Source of the DNA: Ignicoccus hospitalis KIN4/I
Lineage (GTDB): Archaea > Thermoproteota > Thermoprotei_A > Sulfolobales > Ignicoccaceae
Length of the DNA stretch: 32,000 bases
Assembly (NCBI RefSeq): GCF_000017945.1
Contig: NC_009776.1
Coordinates: forward strand, 30,001 to 62,000
Direction: 5' to 3'
Position 1 is the first letter of the stretch. Each line of letters starts with the position of its first letter. Shown piece after piece: positions 8,018 to 16,304 of this stretch. The position numbers and the translations under genes are program-made. The notes under the pieces were generated by a model. That model searched no databases and was not told the origin of the DNA. It saw nothing but the letters and a program-made list of their open reading frames with translations.

Positions 8018-9262
8018 ATGGGCTTCAAAGTCAAGGATATAAGCTTGGCCGACCAAGGGAAGCTGAAGATCGAGTGGGCAGAAAATCACATGCCAGTGGT
8101 AGTGGGCCTCAGGAAGCTCTGCGAGGAGAAGAAGGTGTTCGAAGGTAAGAGGATCTCTGCAGTACTCCACGTTACCAAGGAGACTGCAGCCCTCGTCCGG
8201 TCCCTCAAGTTTTGCGGTGCTGAAGTGTACCTAGCGGGCAGCAACCCTCTGAGCACACAAGACGACGTAGCGGCAGCCCTCGCACAAGAAGGCATAAACG
8301 TCTATGCGTGGAAGGGCGAGACGGAAGAAGAGTACTGGTGGGCTATTAAGAAAATCATCGAAGAGGGCGACCCAGACCTTGTAATAGACGACGGCGGCGA
8401 CCTCCACGCTACCATACACAAGGAGTATCCGAAACTGGCTGAGAAGATCATTGGTGGAACTGAGGAGACTACGACCGGAGTAATAAGGCTAAAGGCTATG
8501 GAAAAAGAGGGTGTCTTGAAGTACCCAGTGATAGCCGTAAACGACGCGTTTACGAAGTTCCTCTTCGATAACCGCTATGGAACCGGTCAGAGCACCATAG
8601 ACGGTATACTGAGGGCGACTAACATTTTGTTGGCGGGCAAGGTCGCAGTGGTCGCGGGCTACGGATGGGTAGGGAGAGGAATAGCTATGAGGCTTAGAGG
8701 CATGGGGGCGCGCGTAGTGGTTACTGAAGTGAACCCGTTAAGGGCGCTCGAGGCCGTTCACGACGGGTTTGACGTTATGAGGATGGACGACGCAGCCAAG
8801 ATAGGCGACCTGTTCGTCACGGCTACCGGTAATATACACGTAATTAGAAAGGAACACATACTCAAGATGAAGGACGGCGCAATCCTCGCAAACGCGGGCC
8901 ACTTCAACGTAGAAATCGACGTGAAGGCGCTTGAGGAGATAGCTATATCTAAGAGGAGGATAAGGCCTTACGTCGACGAGTACAAGCTCCCGGACGGTAG
9001 GCGGATATACTTGCTCGCTGAAGGACGTCTCGTAAACCTGGTCGCGGCGGAAGGCCACCCCAGCGAGGTAATGGACATGAGTTTCGCTAACCAGTTCCTC
9101 TCCCTTAAGTACTTATTAGAGAAAGCTGGCGAACTGGCGCCTAAGGTTTACAAGGTTCCCGCCGAAATCGACGAAGAAGTGGCAAGGCGTAAACTGGAAG
9201 CAATGGGCATTAAAATAGACAGCTTAACGGAAGAACAGGTGAGGTACCTCAACTCATGGTAA
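8018..9262 (+). CDS. ahcY: S-adenosyl-L-homocysteine hydrolase
   Basis: [27 protein letters not shown] is a typical AhcY N-terminus. NAD fold [10 protein letters not shown] and HFNVEID are present. The ORF-track start at 7826 is rejected because it overlaps cren7 and its terminator. TATA-like TTTAAACAAAA lies about 25 nt upstream of ATG 8018. Confidence 0.93.
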   Translation: MGFKVKDISLADQGKLKIEWAENHMPVVVGLRKLCEEKKVFEGKRISAVLHVTKETAALVRSLKFCGAEVYLAGSNPLSTQDDVAAALAQEGINVYAWKGETEEEYWWAIKKIIEEGDPDLVIDDGGDLHATIHKEYPKLAEKIIGGTEETTTGVIRLKAMEKEGVLKYPVIAVNDAFTKFLFDNRYGTGQSTIDGILRATNILLAGKVAVVAGYGWVGRGIAMRLRGMGARVVVTEVNPLRALEAVHDGFDVMRMDDAAKIGDLFVTATGNIHVIRKEHILKMKDGAILANAGHFNVEIDVKALEEIAISKRRIRPYVDEYKLPDGRRIYLLAEGRLVNLVAAEGHPSEVMDMSFANQFLSLKYLLEKAGELAPKVYKVPAEIDEEVARRKLEAMGIKIDSLTEEQVRYLNSW

Positions 9263-10149
9263 GGATCGTTGTAATTGGAAACATTAACATAGATATAATA
9301 GCTTTCTTGGACGAGCTCCCCTCAATAGATGAGGGGAGGGAAGCTAAGGACTGGCGGGTGCTCCCAGGAGGCTCCGGGGCCAACTTCTCAGTCGCCGCCC
9401 GTAGCTTAGGGGCCGACGTAGAACTCTACGCCGCCGTGGGGACCGGCACCTTCTCTAAAAAAGTCGTGGAGGAGCTTGAGAGGGCCGGAGTCAAAGTCTT
9501 CGGCCCTCTGAAAGAGGGCGAACAGTCGATGGTGTTCATCGCTTCCACTCCGAAAGGAAAAGTCATGTACTCGCTGAAGGGCGTGTCCCACTCGCTAAGG
9601 CCAGAGGAGCTGCCCGAGAGGTTCGGTGCGGACGTAGTCCACGTTGCTACCAAGCCTCCCTCCTTTGTGGAGAAGTATCTCTCTACTGAGAGACTCAGTT
9701 ACTCGCCCGGAACTTACGCTTTCGAAGAGACCGAGTCCGTCAAGCGACTCGTGGGAAGGGTTGACTTTCTATTCTTAAATAAGTCCGAAGCAATGAGGTT
9801 GGGGCTGTACCCCGAGCCCGAAGTCCTCCCGAGGGAGGCACTCGTTATTACGCTTGGTGGCAAGGGCAGTCTGGTATATACCAGAGGGGGGAGGGCATAT
9901 TACGTTGAGAGCTTGAAGGTGGAAGTAGTAGACACTACTGGGGCCGGCGATGTGTACGCAGCGGCTTTCTTGGTTACGTATCTCACTGAAGGCGATATAA
10001 TCAAGGCGGCCAAGGCTGCCAGCGCGGCCGGCGCGCTCGCGGTAACCGTTCCCGGAGGTCAGATAATGCTAGATGTCCAGAGCTTGAAGCTCGCGGCCTC
10101 TAAGGTCGGAGTGAGGGAGATGAGGAAGAGTCCGACCCCTGAGGGGTGA
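9256..10149 (+). CDS. PfkB-family carbohydrate/nucleoside kinase (possibly adenosine kinase)
   Basis: [11 protein letters not shown] and [14 protein letters not shown] are the PfkB signatures. The gene overlaps the ahcY stop by 7 nt. Confidence 0.8.
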   Translation: MVRIVVIGNINIDIIAFLDELPSIDEGREAKDWRVLPGGSGANFSVAARSLGADVELYAAVGTGTFSKKVVEELERAGVKVFGPLKEGEQSMVFIASTPKGKVMYSLKGVSHSLRPEELPERFGADVVHVATKPPSFVEKYLSTERLSYSPGTYAFEETESVKRLVGRVDFLFLNKSEAMRLGLYPEPEVLPREALVITLGGKGSLVYTRGGRAYYVESLKVEVVDTTGAGDVYAAAFLVTYLTEGDIIKAAKAASAAGALAVTVPGGQIMLDVQSLKLAASKVGVREMRKSPTPEG

Positions 10150-10155
10150 GGAGAA

Positions 10156-10226
10156 GGGGCTGCTGGCCGATCCTTTCAAAACCCGAAGTTACGCCGGTCG
10201 CGCGGTAGCTCTGGGATGGGAGGCCC
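10156..10226 (+). pseudogene. 5S rRNA-derived fragment (internally deleted)
   Basis: AACCCG-AAGTTACGCCGGTCGCGCGG (10180-10205) matches the 5S sense sequence AACCCGGAAGTTAAGCCGGTCGCGCGG with 1 gap and 1 mismatch. The following TAGCTCTGGGATGGGAGGCCC resembles the 5S 3' end GUGCUGGGACCGGGCC. Helix IV/V and most of the 5' third are missing. Confidence 0.5.
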
Positions 10227-10501
10227 GTTTCCGCCGACCCCGGACAATTTGGTTAAGGCCATAGTATTAGGTGCGCTTGTGGGAGCCGTCGTCGCCGTAA
10301 TAGTCGACTACAAGCTCAAGAAAGGCTGATCAGGGGGCGAGCTCTCCTCACCCTTCGGCCGATGGCGTATACATCATCCTCTCTTCTGGGCGCCTTAACC
10401 AAGGGATAGATTAATAATCCTCCATTCGCTGACCTCCCGAGTACCTCGGGCCTTACGCCCGCTGTGCGCTGGTGGGCGGATGGGTCCGAGGTCTCCCGGC
10501 C

Positions 10502-11164
10502 TCAGCCCAACCTAAGCCACGGCTCCTTGCAGAGCAGCTTACCCTCTAGGACACACGACCCGCATATGCCTATTCCACACTTTATCATCTTCTCGGTACT
10601 GTAGTAGCCCTTCAGCCCCATTTCTTTTGCCAGTACCTTGAGTGACGAAATCATAGAAGGTGGGCCACAAGCGTAGACGTCCCTCTTCTGGGGGCGAAGC
10701 TTGAGGAGGTCCACAACCGTACCCTTGAACCCCAAACTCCCGTCTTCGGTGGCCACTTCGTCTATTCCATCGATTTTCGGCACCTTCTCGGCGCTCTTGG
10801 CACCGAAGAGGAGTTCACCTCCCCAGAGCTCCTTCATGTAAAGTAAGGGAGCTATTCCTACCCCGCCTCCCACGAGGAGGGGTTTGCCCGAAGGGACGGG
10901 AGCTTGGCGGCCTAGGGGGCCTAGGAGTCCTACTTTATGGGCCGTGTAGAGGGCCGCAGTGGTCCTTCCCCTAACTTCTACTATGAAGCGAACCGCGTCG
11001 CCGCGGTAGCCCGCCACCGAAAGGGGAATCGCCTCGTGGCCGGGAACCCACACCATGAAGAACGTCCCGGGAGGGGGAGCTTCTCCATGATAGCTCACGA
11101 ACGTTTCGTAGATTCCCTTCGCGAGCTTACGACTCCTCAAGACCTCCTCTACCTTGAAGCTCAT
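10502..11164 (-). CDS. pyrK: dihydroorotate dehydrogenase electron-transfer subunit (PyrK-like, FAD/[2Fe-2S])
   Basis: C-terminal MIKCGIGICGSCVLEGKLLC is the PyrK 2Fe-2S motif. It has a ferredoxin-reductase-like N-terminus and follows pyrI by 6 nt. Confidence 0.8.
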   Translation of the reverse strand: MSFKVEEVLRSRKLAKGIYETFVSYHGEAPPPGTFFMVWVPGHEAIPLSVAGYRGDAVRFIVEVRGRTTAALYTAHKVGLLGPLGRQAPVPSGKPLLVGGGVGIAPLLYMKELWGGELLFGAKSAEKVPKIDGIDEVATEDGSLGFKGTVVDLLKLRPQKRDVYACGPPSMISSLKVLAKEMGLKGYYSTEKMIKCGIGICGSCVLEGKLLCKEPWLRLG

Positions 11165-11170
11165 GCTATG

Positions 11171-11662
11171 TCACCTCAAGTTTATGTAATTAGAGACCTC
11201 TTTCTCTTCTATTATTTCTCCGCAGTAGTGACACTTCAGTTTGAGCGGCCTCTTCGAGACGACCAAGAACTTAGACTTTATAGGCTCCCTCTTAGACCGG
11301 GAAATACACGAACTGTTAGGACAAGTTAAGATACCCTCGACCACGTCGGGAAGCGTGACGCCTCTTTTCTCCACTACTTCTCCGTTCCTTATTATGTTAA
11401 TCGTCGCGGTGGGCGCTATTAAGGCCAACGCCTTGGTCTGCTCGTCGCTTAGGTAAACGTTCTCTATTTTAACTATGTCTTTTCTCCCGCCCAACTTCTT
11501 TGAGTAGACGTTCATAGCTATGAGAACCATAAAGCCTTCGCTACCGTCTATGCCGAGGAGCCTCAAGACCTTTAGTGCCCTTCCGGGAGGCAAGTGGTCT
11601 ATTACGGTGCCGTTGTTGATCTTGCTTACTTTTAGCTCCTTCACCTCAGACCACCCCCGCAC
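11171..11662 (-). CDS. pyrI: aspartate carbamoyltransferase regulatory subunit
   Basis: VSKINNGTVIDHLPPGRALKVLRLLGI plus the Zn domain CPNSSC...CHYCGEII. Confidence 0.93.
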   Translation of the reverse strand: MRGWSEVKELKVSKINNGTVIDHLPPGRALKVLRLLGIDGSEGFMVLIAMNVYSKKLGGRKDIVKIENVYLSDEQTKALALIAPTATINIIRNGEVVEKRGVTLPDVVEGILTCPNSSCISRSKREPIKSKFLVVSKRPLKLKCHYCGEIIEEKEVSNYINLR

Positions 11663-12563
11663 TCCAAGCGAGCGTTGCCATTCTCACTGGCACGGAAGCA
11701 GCCACTTGGTCGAAGTAAGCTGCGTGGGGGGTCGAGTCTATTCTCACGTCCAACTCGTCCACACGGGGGAGCGGGTGTAAGACGATCAAGTCCCCCTTCC
11801 CCCTCTTTATCAGGTCTAAGGTTATTTTGTAGCTACCTTTAACCTTCTCGTATTCTGAGGGGTCCGGAAACCTCTCCTTCTGTATTCTGGTTACGTATAT
11901 TACGTCGACGTTAGGAATGACATCCTCCAACCTATCTACTTCAAAAACGTTGAGACCCATAGATTTTAACTCTTCTAAGAACTTGATTGAGGGTTTGAGA
12001 ACTTCGGGGGCTACTAGGTAGACTGACCTAGGTTTAAACTTAGTCAACGCCAACAGGAAGCTCCTCGCCGTCCTAGCGTACCGAAGGTCCCCCACGACAG
12101 CGTAACGAAGGTCTTCGAGCCCCCCTTTCCTCTTTCTGACTACGTAGAGGTCTATGAGCGACTGCGTTGGGTGTTGGTTCTTGCCGTCGCCTGCGTTAAT
12201 TACTGGGTTTGCGGCGACCTCGCTTGCGTACTTCGCAGAGCCGTCCAAGTTGTGTCTGATCACTATTATGTCGCTAATCTTGTCTAAGACTTTTATAGTG
12301 TCGTATAGGCTCTCACCTTTGACGAACGAACTGGCTTCCTCGCCGACTATTGTGAGCGTGTGGGCACACAACCTCTTGGCGCTCTCTTCGAACGAAAGTC
12401 TCGTTCTAGTGGACGGTTCGACGAAAAGGAGTGACACTGTTTTGTTTTCAAGGGCACACCACTTCGACTTATGAAGTTTCTTATATTCTATGTCCTCAGC
12501 GAGTTCGAATATTTTGATCATGTCTTTCTTATCTAAATCCAAGACGTCTACGACGTCTGGCAA
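11646..12563 (-). CDS. pyrB: aspartate carbamoyltransferase catalytic subunit
   Basis: Motifs EPSTRTRLSFE, HPTQ and HPLPRVDE are present. TTG start. Overlaps pyrI by 17 nt. Confidence 0.93.
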   Translation of the reverse strand: MPDVVDVLDLDKKDMIKIFELAEDIEYKKLHKSKWCALENKTVSLLFVEPSTRTRLSFEESAKRLCAHTLTIVGEEASSFVKGESLYDTIKVLDKISDIIVIRHNLDGSAKYASEVAANPVINAGDGKNQHPTQSLIDLYVVRKRKGGLEDLRYAVVGDLRYARTARSFLLALTKFKPRSVYLVAPEVLKPSIKFLEELKSMGLNVFEVDRLEDVIPNVDVIYVTRIQKERFPDPSEYEKVKGSYKITLDLIKRGKGDLIVLHPLPRVDELDVRIDSTPHAAYFDQVAASVPVRMATLAWSAGVV

Positions 12564-12595
12564 CTAACGCCCGGACTGCCTTGGGATGGGAGGTA

Positions 12596-12612
12596 GAAAA
12601 ACGCGATTTTTC
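12596..12612. promoter_or_regulatory. perfect palindrome GAAAAA-CGCGA-TTTTTC in the pyrB / membrane-protein divergent region
   Basis: Read directly. It lies 33-49 nt upstream of the pyrB TTG and about 52 nt upstream of ATG 12664. Both arms are T/A-rich and could act as back-to-back TATA elements or an operator. Confidence 0.35.
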
Positions 12613-12663
12613 GTCAAGCTTTCAAAGACCCTTCAGATCTCCACGAAGGAACCGAGGGAAGTG

Positions 12664-14703
12664 ATGAAGTGGCTGGTACCGTATCTGCTGATATCTCTGT
12701 TTACCCAGCACCACTACGACTTCACGGTCTTCTATTACTCCGTTCTGCTCATGCTAATGGGCGTCAGCCCGTACGACGTGAACTCTACGGCTCCGTGGAT
12801 CTATTCGAACCCCGTGACTTACCCGCAGTGGTACGCTTACCCTCCATTCGGTTTAATAGCCCTTTCGGTCCCCTCCTTCCTCCTTTACGAGTTAGGATTA
12901 CTAAATATGATGACGTTTAGAATAATACTTAAGATAATATTATTGCTTTCGGCCTTCTGGATAGCGAAGCGTCTAGAAGAGGTCCGGAAGGGAAGCGGCC
13001 TCGTATTCATAAAAAATCCCTTAGTGTTCTTCGTCACCGCCGTCCACGGGATGATAGACGTTCTAGCTGCCGCTTTGCTGCTCGAGGCACTGTACAAGTT
13101 GAACGGCAAGGGTCGCTATTGGTGGGCATTCTTTGCGTTGGCAATAACGACGAAGCAGACGACGTGGATAGTTATACCGGCCTTGGTCGGCCTCGCCTTG
13201 AGGTTGAGGCTCTACAAGGACCTCATCAAAGGCTTCGCGTTAGCCGCTCTGATAGTAGTGCCTTTCATTTCTCAAGGTTTCATAGATAACGTCTTAACAT
13301 TTCACGGGAGCAGGCCTCCAGCCTCGCTGGGGTATACGGGAATCCCTCTAATCACTGTAGCCGGCGACTTGGCCACTTTCCACATAGCTAACTTGGTAGC
13401 GCCGTGTTTCGGTAAGCCCGTGCCTAGGAGCGGTTGGGGGTCTCTGGTCCTCACCGCAGCCCTCGCCTCAGCCATGATATACTCCTTTATAATTTCGTAT
13501 AGGGGAAGATTCGCGAGATCTCTAGTTATATCGTCCTTTGCTTTCATCCTTTTCAGTAAGGTCGTTAGTCCTCAGAACTTGTTGGTTCCGTTAGTTATCT
13601 TCATGATATTGGGTGTTCCATCGAGCTTTATGTACCTAATGGGTTTGCTGGCCACACTAGTGGACGCCTTTTTAGGGACCGCTTACTCCGTGCTCGGTTA
13701 CTTACCGGAAGACGCGTTGAACGAGTTGGGGACGAGCATAGTCATTCTGTATAGGTCTAGCCTCTGGCTCTCTAACCTCTCGGGATTTGTGGGCCTCTTC
13801 GCATTGGTGCTCTATCATCTTATCATAGTCACGATATTATTCTATATCTTGAGAGAAAGGATAGGGATAAGGAGATTCGCTTTGCTTTATGTAATATACT
13901 TAATTCTCGTTTTAAACAGCGTAACGATCGGGGGCAACGTTCAAAGGGTCGCGGGGGTCCACGGGGAGCTCGTGAACGCTAGAGGAGCGGTCGTCTGGAT
14001 ATGGTTGAACCCCTTCAACGGCTTTAGGAGCGGCGACTACGCTCGCCTTCCCGGCGCCACAGCTTACTGGGAGTACACTTATCCCCTCGCACTACAAACG
14101 GTGAAGTGGCTCAAGGACCACGGCTTCAGTTACGTAGTGTTCCCTTTCACGCTCGACCGGTATAGGCTCTACGAGTACGTCCCTTGGCTCTTCGCGCTGG
14201 TCAGCGAAAGGATGCCCTTTGCTTGGCTGGTCGTAATAAGCGACGACGTCGAAGAGTACTTGAGCGGTCACGCCAGCGCCCCGCCCGGGACGAACGTTAC
14301 CGAAGTCTTGAATGAGGCGTTCAGAGCCACCCCATATTACTTGAATATGAAGATATTGGAGACATCGAAGAGGTTGAACGATATATTTAAGGAAGCTAAC
14401 GCTTCTAGGGCAGTAAACGTTATCTGGAAAGAGATGAGGTGTCCGATAAGCTACTTGAGGGACGAGAGGGGGTTACCCGTGATATTTCTTATAGATAAGA
14501 CCCACTCGGGTAAGGTCCTCTCCAACGGGACCCGGTACGCGGTCGTTCACCCTAAAAACGTCGTTTTTATTAATGACTATTATGAAGGCAATGTGGTCTA
14601 CGGGACCCCGATCACCCCGGTCAGTAAGGTCGGCTTGGAGGAGTGGTTGCTTCAGTACGCGAAGAAGTCTTCGCTGTACAGCCTCCTCTGCGCCTCGCGA
14701 TAA
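12664..14703 (+). CDS. large polytopic membrane protein with a C-terminal soluble domain, possibly a GT-C-type glycosyltransferase
   Basis: More than 10 hydrophobic segments are followed by a roughly 230-aa hydrophilic C-terminus. This is GT-C-like architecture, with no AglB WWDYG motif seen. Start is placed at ATG 12664 (MKWLVPYLLISLF). ATG 12586 of the ORF track would leave no room for the pyrB promoter. Confidence 0.55.
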   Translation: MKWLVPYLLISLFTQHHYDFTVFYYSVLLMLMGVSPYDVNSTAPWIYSNPVTYPQWYAYPPFGLIALSVPSFLLYELGLLNMMTFRIILKIILLLSAFWIAKRLEEVRKGSGLVFIKNPLVFFVTAVHGMIDVLAAALLLEALYKLNGKGRYWWAFFALAITTKQTTWIVIPALVGLALRLRLYKDLIKGFALAALIVVPFISQGFIDNVLTFHGSRPPASLGYTGIPLITVAGDLATFHIANLVAPCFGKPVPRSGWGSLVLTAALASAMIYSFIISYRGRFARSLVISSFAFILFSKVVSPQNLLVPLVIFMILGVPSSFMYLMGLLATLVDAFLGTAYSVLGYLPEDALNELGTSIVILYRSSLWLSNLSGFVGLFALVLYHLIIVTILFYILRERIGIRRFALLYVIYLILVLNSVTIGGNVQRVAGVHGELVNARGAVVWIWLNPFNGFRSGDYARLPGATAYWEYTYPLALQTVKWLKDHGFSYVVFPFTLDRYRLYEYVPWLFALVSERMPFAWLVVISDDVEEYLSGHASAPPGTNVTEVLNEAFRATPYYLNMKILETSKRLNDIFKEANASRAVNVIWKEMRCPISYLRDERGLPVIFLIDKTHSGKVLSNGTRYAVVHPKNVVFINDYYEGNVVYGTPITPVSKVGLEEWLLQYAKKSSLYSLLCASR

Positions 14704-15074
14704 TAGATTGTGGGCACCTTTCTCAACAGCCTCCTCCGAAGTCCCTTGTCAGCCGTGGCCACGGCTAAGCCATACCTTAGGGCAATCGAAACTATGTCGT
14801 CGTCGGTCCTCCTCTCGAGGTTGGCGTTGAGGATCGGACACTGCTCCAAGACTATAGGAAGGACGAGCCTCGCCGCCCTCCCTCTCTTGCTCTGCTCCTC
14901 GGAGATCCGTTCCAGCTCTCGCAAGACCGATGGCGTGACGGCGCACAAACCACCCATTTCCTCTATCTGGCCTATAACGTCTATCCCCTCAGCTATGAGT
15001 AATAGTACCGACGTATCGGCTATTACTAGCCTCCTCTTGAGGCGCTCGAGCTCACGCTCGTCGAGGACCCTCAT
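14652..15074 (-). CDS. PIN-domain protein, Fcf1/Utp24-like (COG1412 type)
   Basis: PIN acidic residues are present in IADTSVLL, TPSVLRELE, TDDDIV and VATADKGLRRRLLRKVPTIYY. The last block resembles the Fcf1 C-terminus. TATA-like TTTTTA lies about 30 nt upstream. Confidence 0.7.
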   Translation of the reverse strand: MRVLDERELERLKRRLVIADTSVLLLIAEGIDVIGQIEEMGGLCAVTPSVLRELERISEEQSKRGRAARLVLPIVLEQCPILNANLERRTDDDIVSIALRYGLAVATADKGLRRRLLRKVPTIYYREAQRRLYSEDFFAY

Positions 15075-15114
15075 GACCCGCGACGGCTCTACCTCAACAA
15101 GGTAAAAACTCCAT

Positions 15115-16239
15115 GTGAGTAAACGGGCGCGGGTACGTAACGTGAAAGCGCTTGTCTACATATTGGCCCTACTGATGGTAGCAGATGGCATCCTTAGCTC
15201 TTACATCGCGTTGAGAGCGCCTTATCCCGCGGCAGTCCCCCTGGGCAGCCCGATGGCATATAGGAACGTTTACCTCCACGTGCCGATAGCGTGGGCTACA
15301 TACGTCCTCTTCATCATAGCGTTCATACTTTCGATATTGTACTTAGTTACGCAAGACAAGAAGTATGACAAGTACGCCGCGCTCTTCGTCTACACTGCTC
15401 TGGTATACGCCTTCATGGTGTTAGCCACGGGGAGCGCTTGGGCCCAAGAGTCTTGGGGGAGCTTCTGGAACTGGGACCCTAGGGAGACCGGCGTACTTAT
15501 TCTCTTCATAGCGTACTTGGTATACGTAGCGATCAGGAAGAGCGTTCAAGACCCGGACCGCCGGGCGACGATATCAGCAGTTTACTCAATCGCGGCCTTC
15601 GCGACAGTCCCCATAAGCTTCATAATGCCCTACGTGATGGAAGGCTCCTTACACCCGACGCTACAGGCTACCAAAGGCTTCATAACACAACCTCAAGTGT
15701 CGAAGTTCTTCTTTGCTAAGGTACTGCTGACGGTTATAGAGGCGGTTCTCATACCGGTTGTCGTAGGAATGGGATATTCGAGGGAGTTCTTTAAGGCGGC
15801 TGTAGCGACAGCGGCGATACTGCTCGTCGGCGCGGCTCTCGCTTACCCGTGGGGGCTCACTGGGAGGGTCGTGGAGGCCAAGCTCCAAAGCGGAACTGCT
15901 GAGTTGACTGCAATATACAAGGGAGAGAAAATTAAGATAAAGGGAAGCTTGGAGCTCGTAATAAACAACAATGGACAGAAGATAAAGGTAGTTGTAAAGG
16001 ACACCGAAGGCCTGCCCAAACCAGAGTTCGTGACCGTGCCGGGCTTCGCTAAGGGGAGTAACCTTACAGTTAACTACGAGGGTCGGGAGCTATGGCCTAC
16101 CGCGCTAGGTCACTTGGTCAAGGTTGAAAACGAAAGGGCGGTGGCCCTCAATCCCTTCTGTATACCTTGGACCTTGTTCATCTATGCTATAGGCTTCTTG
16201 ATTTTAGCTTACGTGTTGCCCAGAGAGATCGCCTATTAA
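15115..16239 (+). CDS. ccmC: CcmC-type heme-handling (cytochrome c assembly) membrane protein with a C-terminal TM, CcmE-like beta domain and second TM
   Basis: YLHVPIAW (external His), the Trp-rich motif WAQESWGSFWNWDPRETG and a second external His (GSLHP) are present. Residues about 225-374 form an extension (see findings). GTG start. Confidence 0.7.
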   Translation: MSKRARVRNVKALVYILALLMVADGILSSYIALRAPYPAAVPLGSPMAYRNVYLHVPIAWATYVLFIIAFILSILYLVTQDKKYDKYAALFVYTALVYAFMVLATGSAWAQESWGSFWNWDPRETGVLILFIAYLVYVAIRKSVQDPDRRATISAVYSIAAFATVPISFIMPYVMEGSLHPTLQATKGFITQPQVSKFFFAKVLLTVIEAVLIPVVVGMGYSREFFKAAVATAAILLVGAALAYPWGLTGRVVEAKLQSGTAELTAIYKGEKIKIKGSLELVINNNGQKIKVVVKDTEGLPKPEFVTVPGFAKGSNLTVNYEGRELWPTALGHLVKVENERAVALNPFCIPWTLFIYAIGFLILAYVLPREIAY

Positions 16240-16304
16240 TGGACGTATTTCTAACGCTGCCCTAGGGACCCCTTCAAGGGGGCGCTCAACGGGCGTGATG
16301 AGGG

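Noticed and set aside
10216-10329. 37-aa ORF (MGGPFPPTPDNLVKAIVLGALVGAVVAVIVDYKLKKG) with one hydrophobic helix
   Set aside because: There is no SD or TATA in a suitable position. It starts inside the 5S-like fragment and is too short to support without conservation data.
14652-15074. PIN protein as a VapC toxin of a toxin-antitoxin pair
   Set aside because: There is no small upstream antitoxin ORF, since the upstream neighbour is the divergent ccmC-like gene. The C-terminal VATADKGLRRRLLRKVPTIYY block resembles Fcf1-type rRNA-processing PIN proteins.
16270-16290. CCCCTT-C-AAGGGG inverted repeat after the ccmC-like stop as a terminator
   Set aside because: The loop is too tight for the full stem and no oligo-T tract follows. 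It may be incidental.
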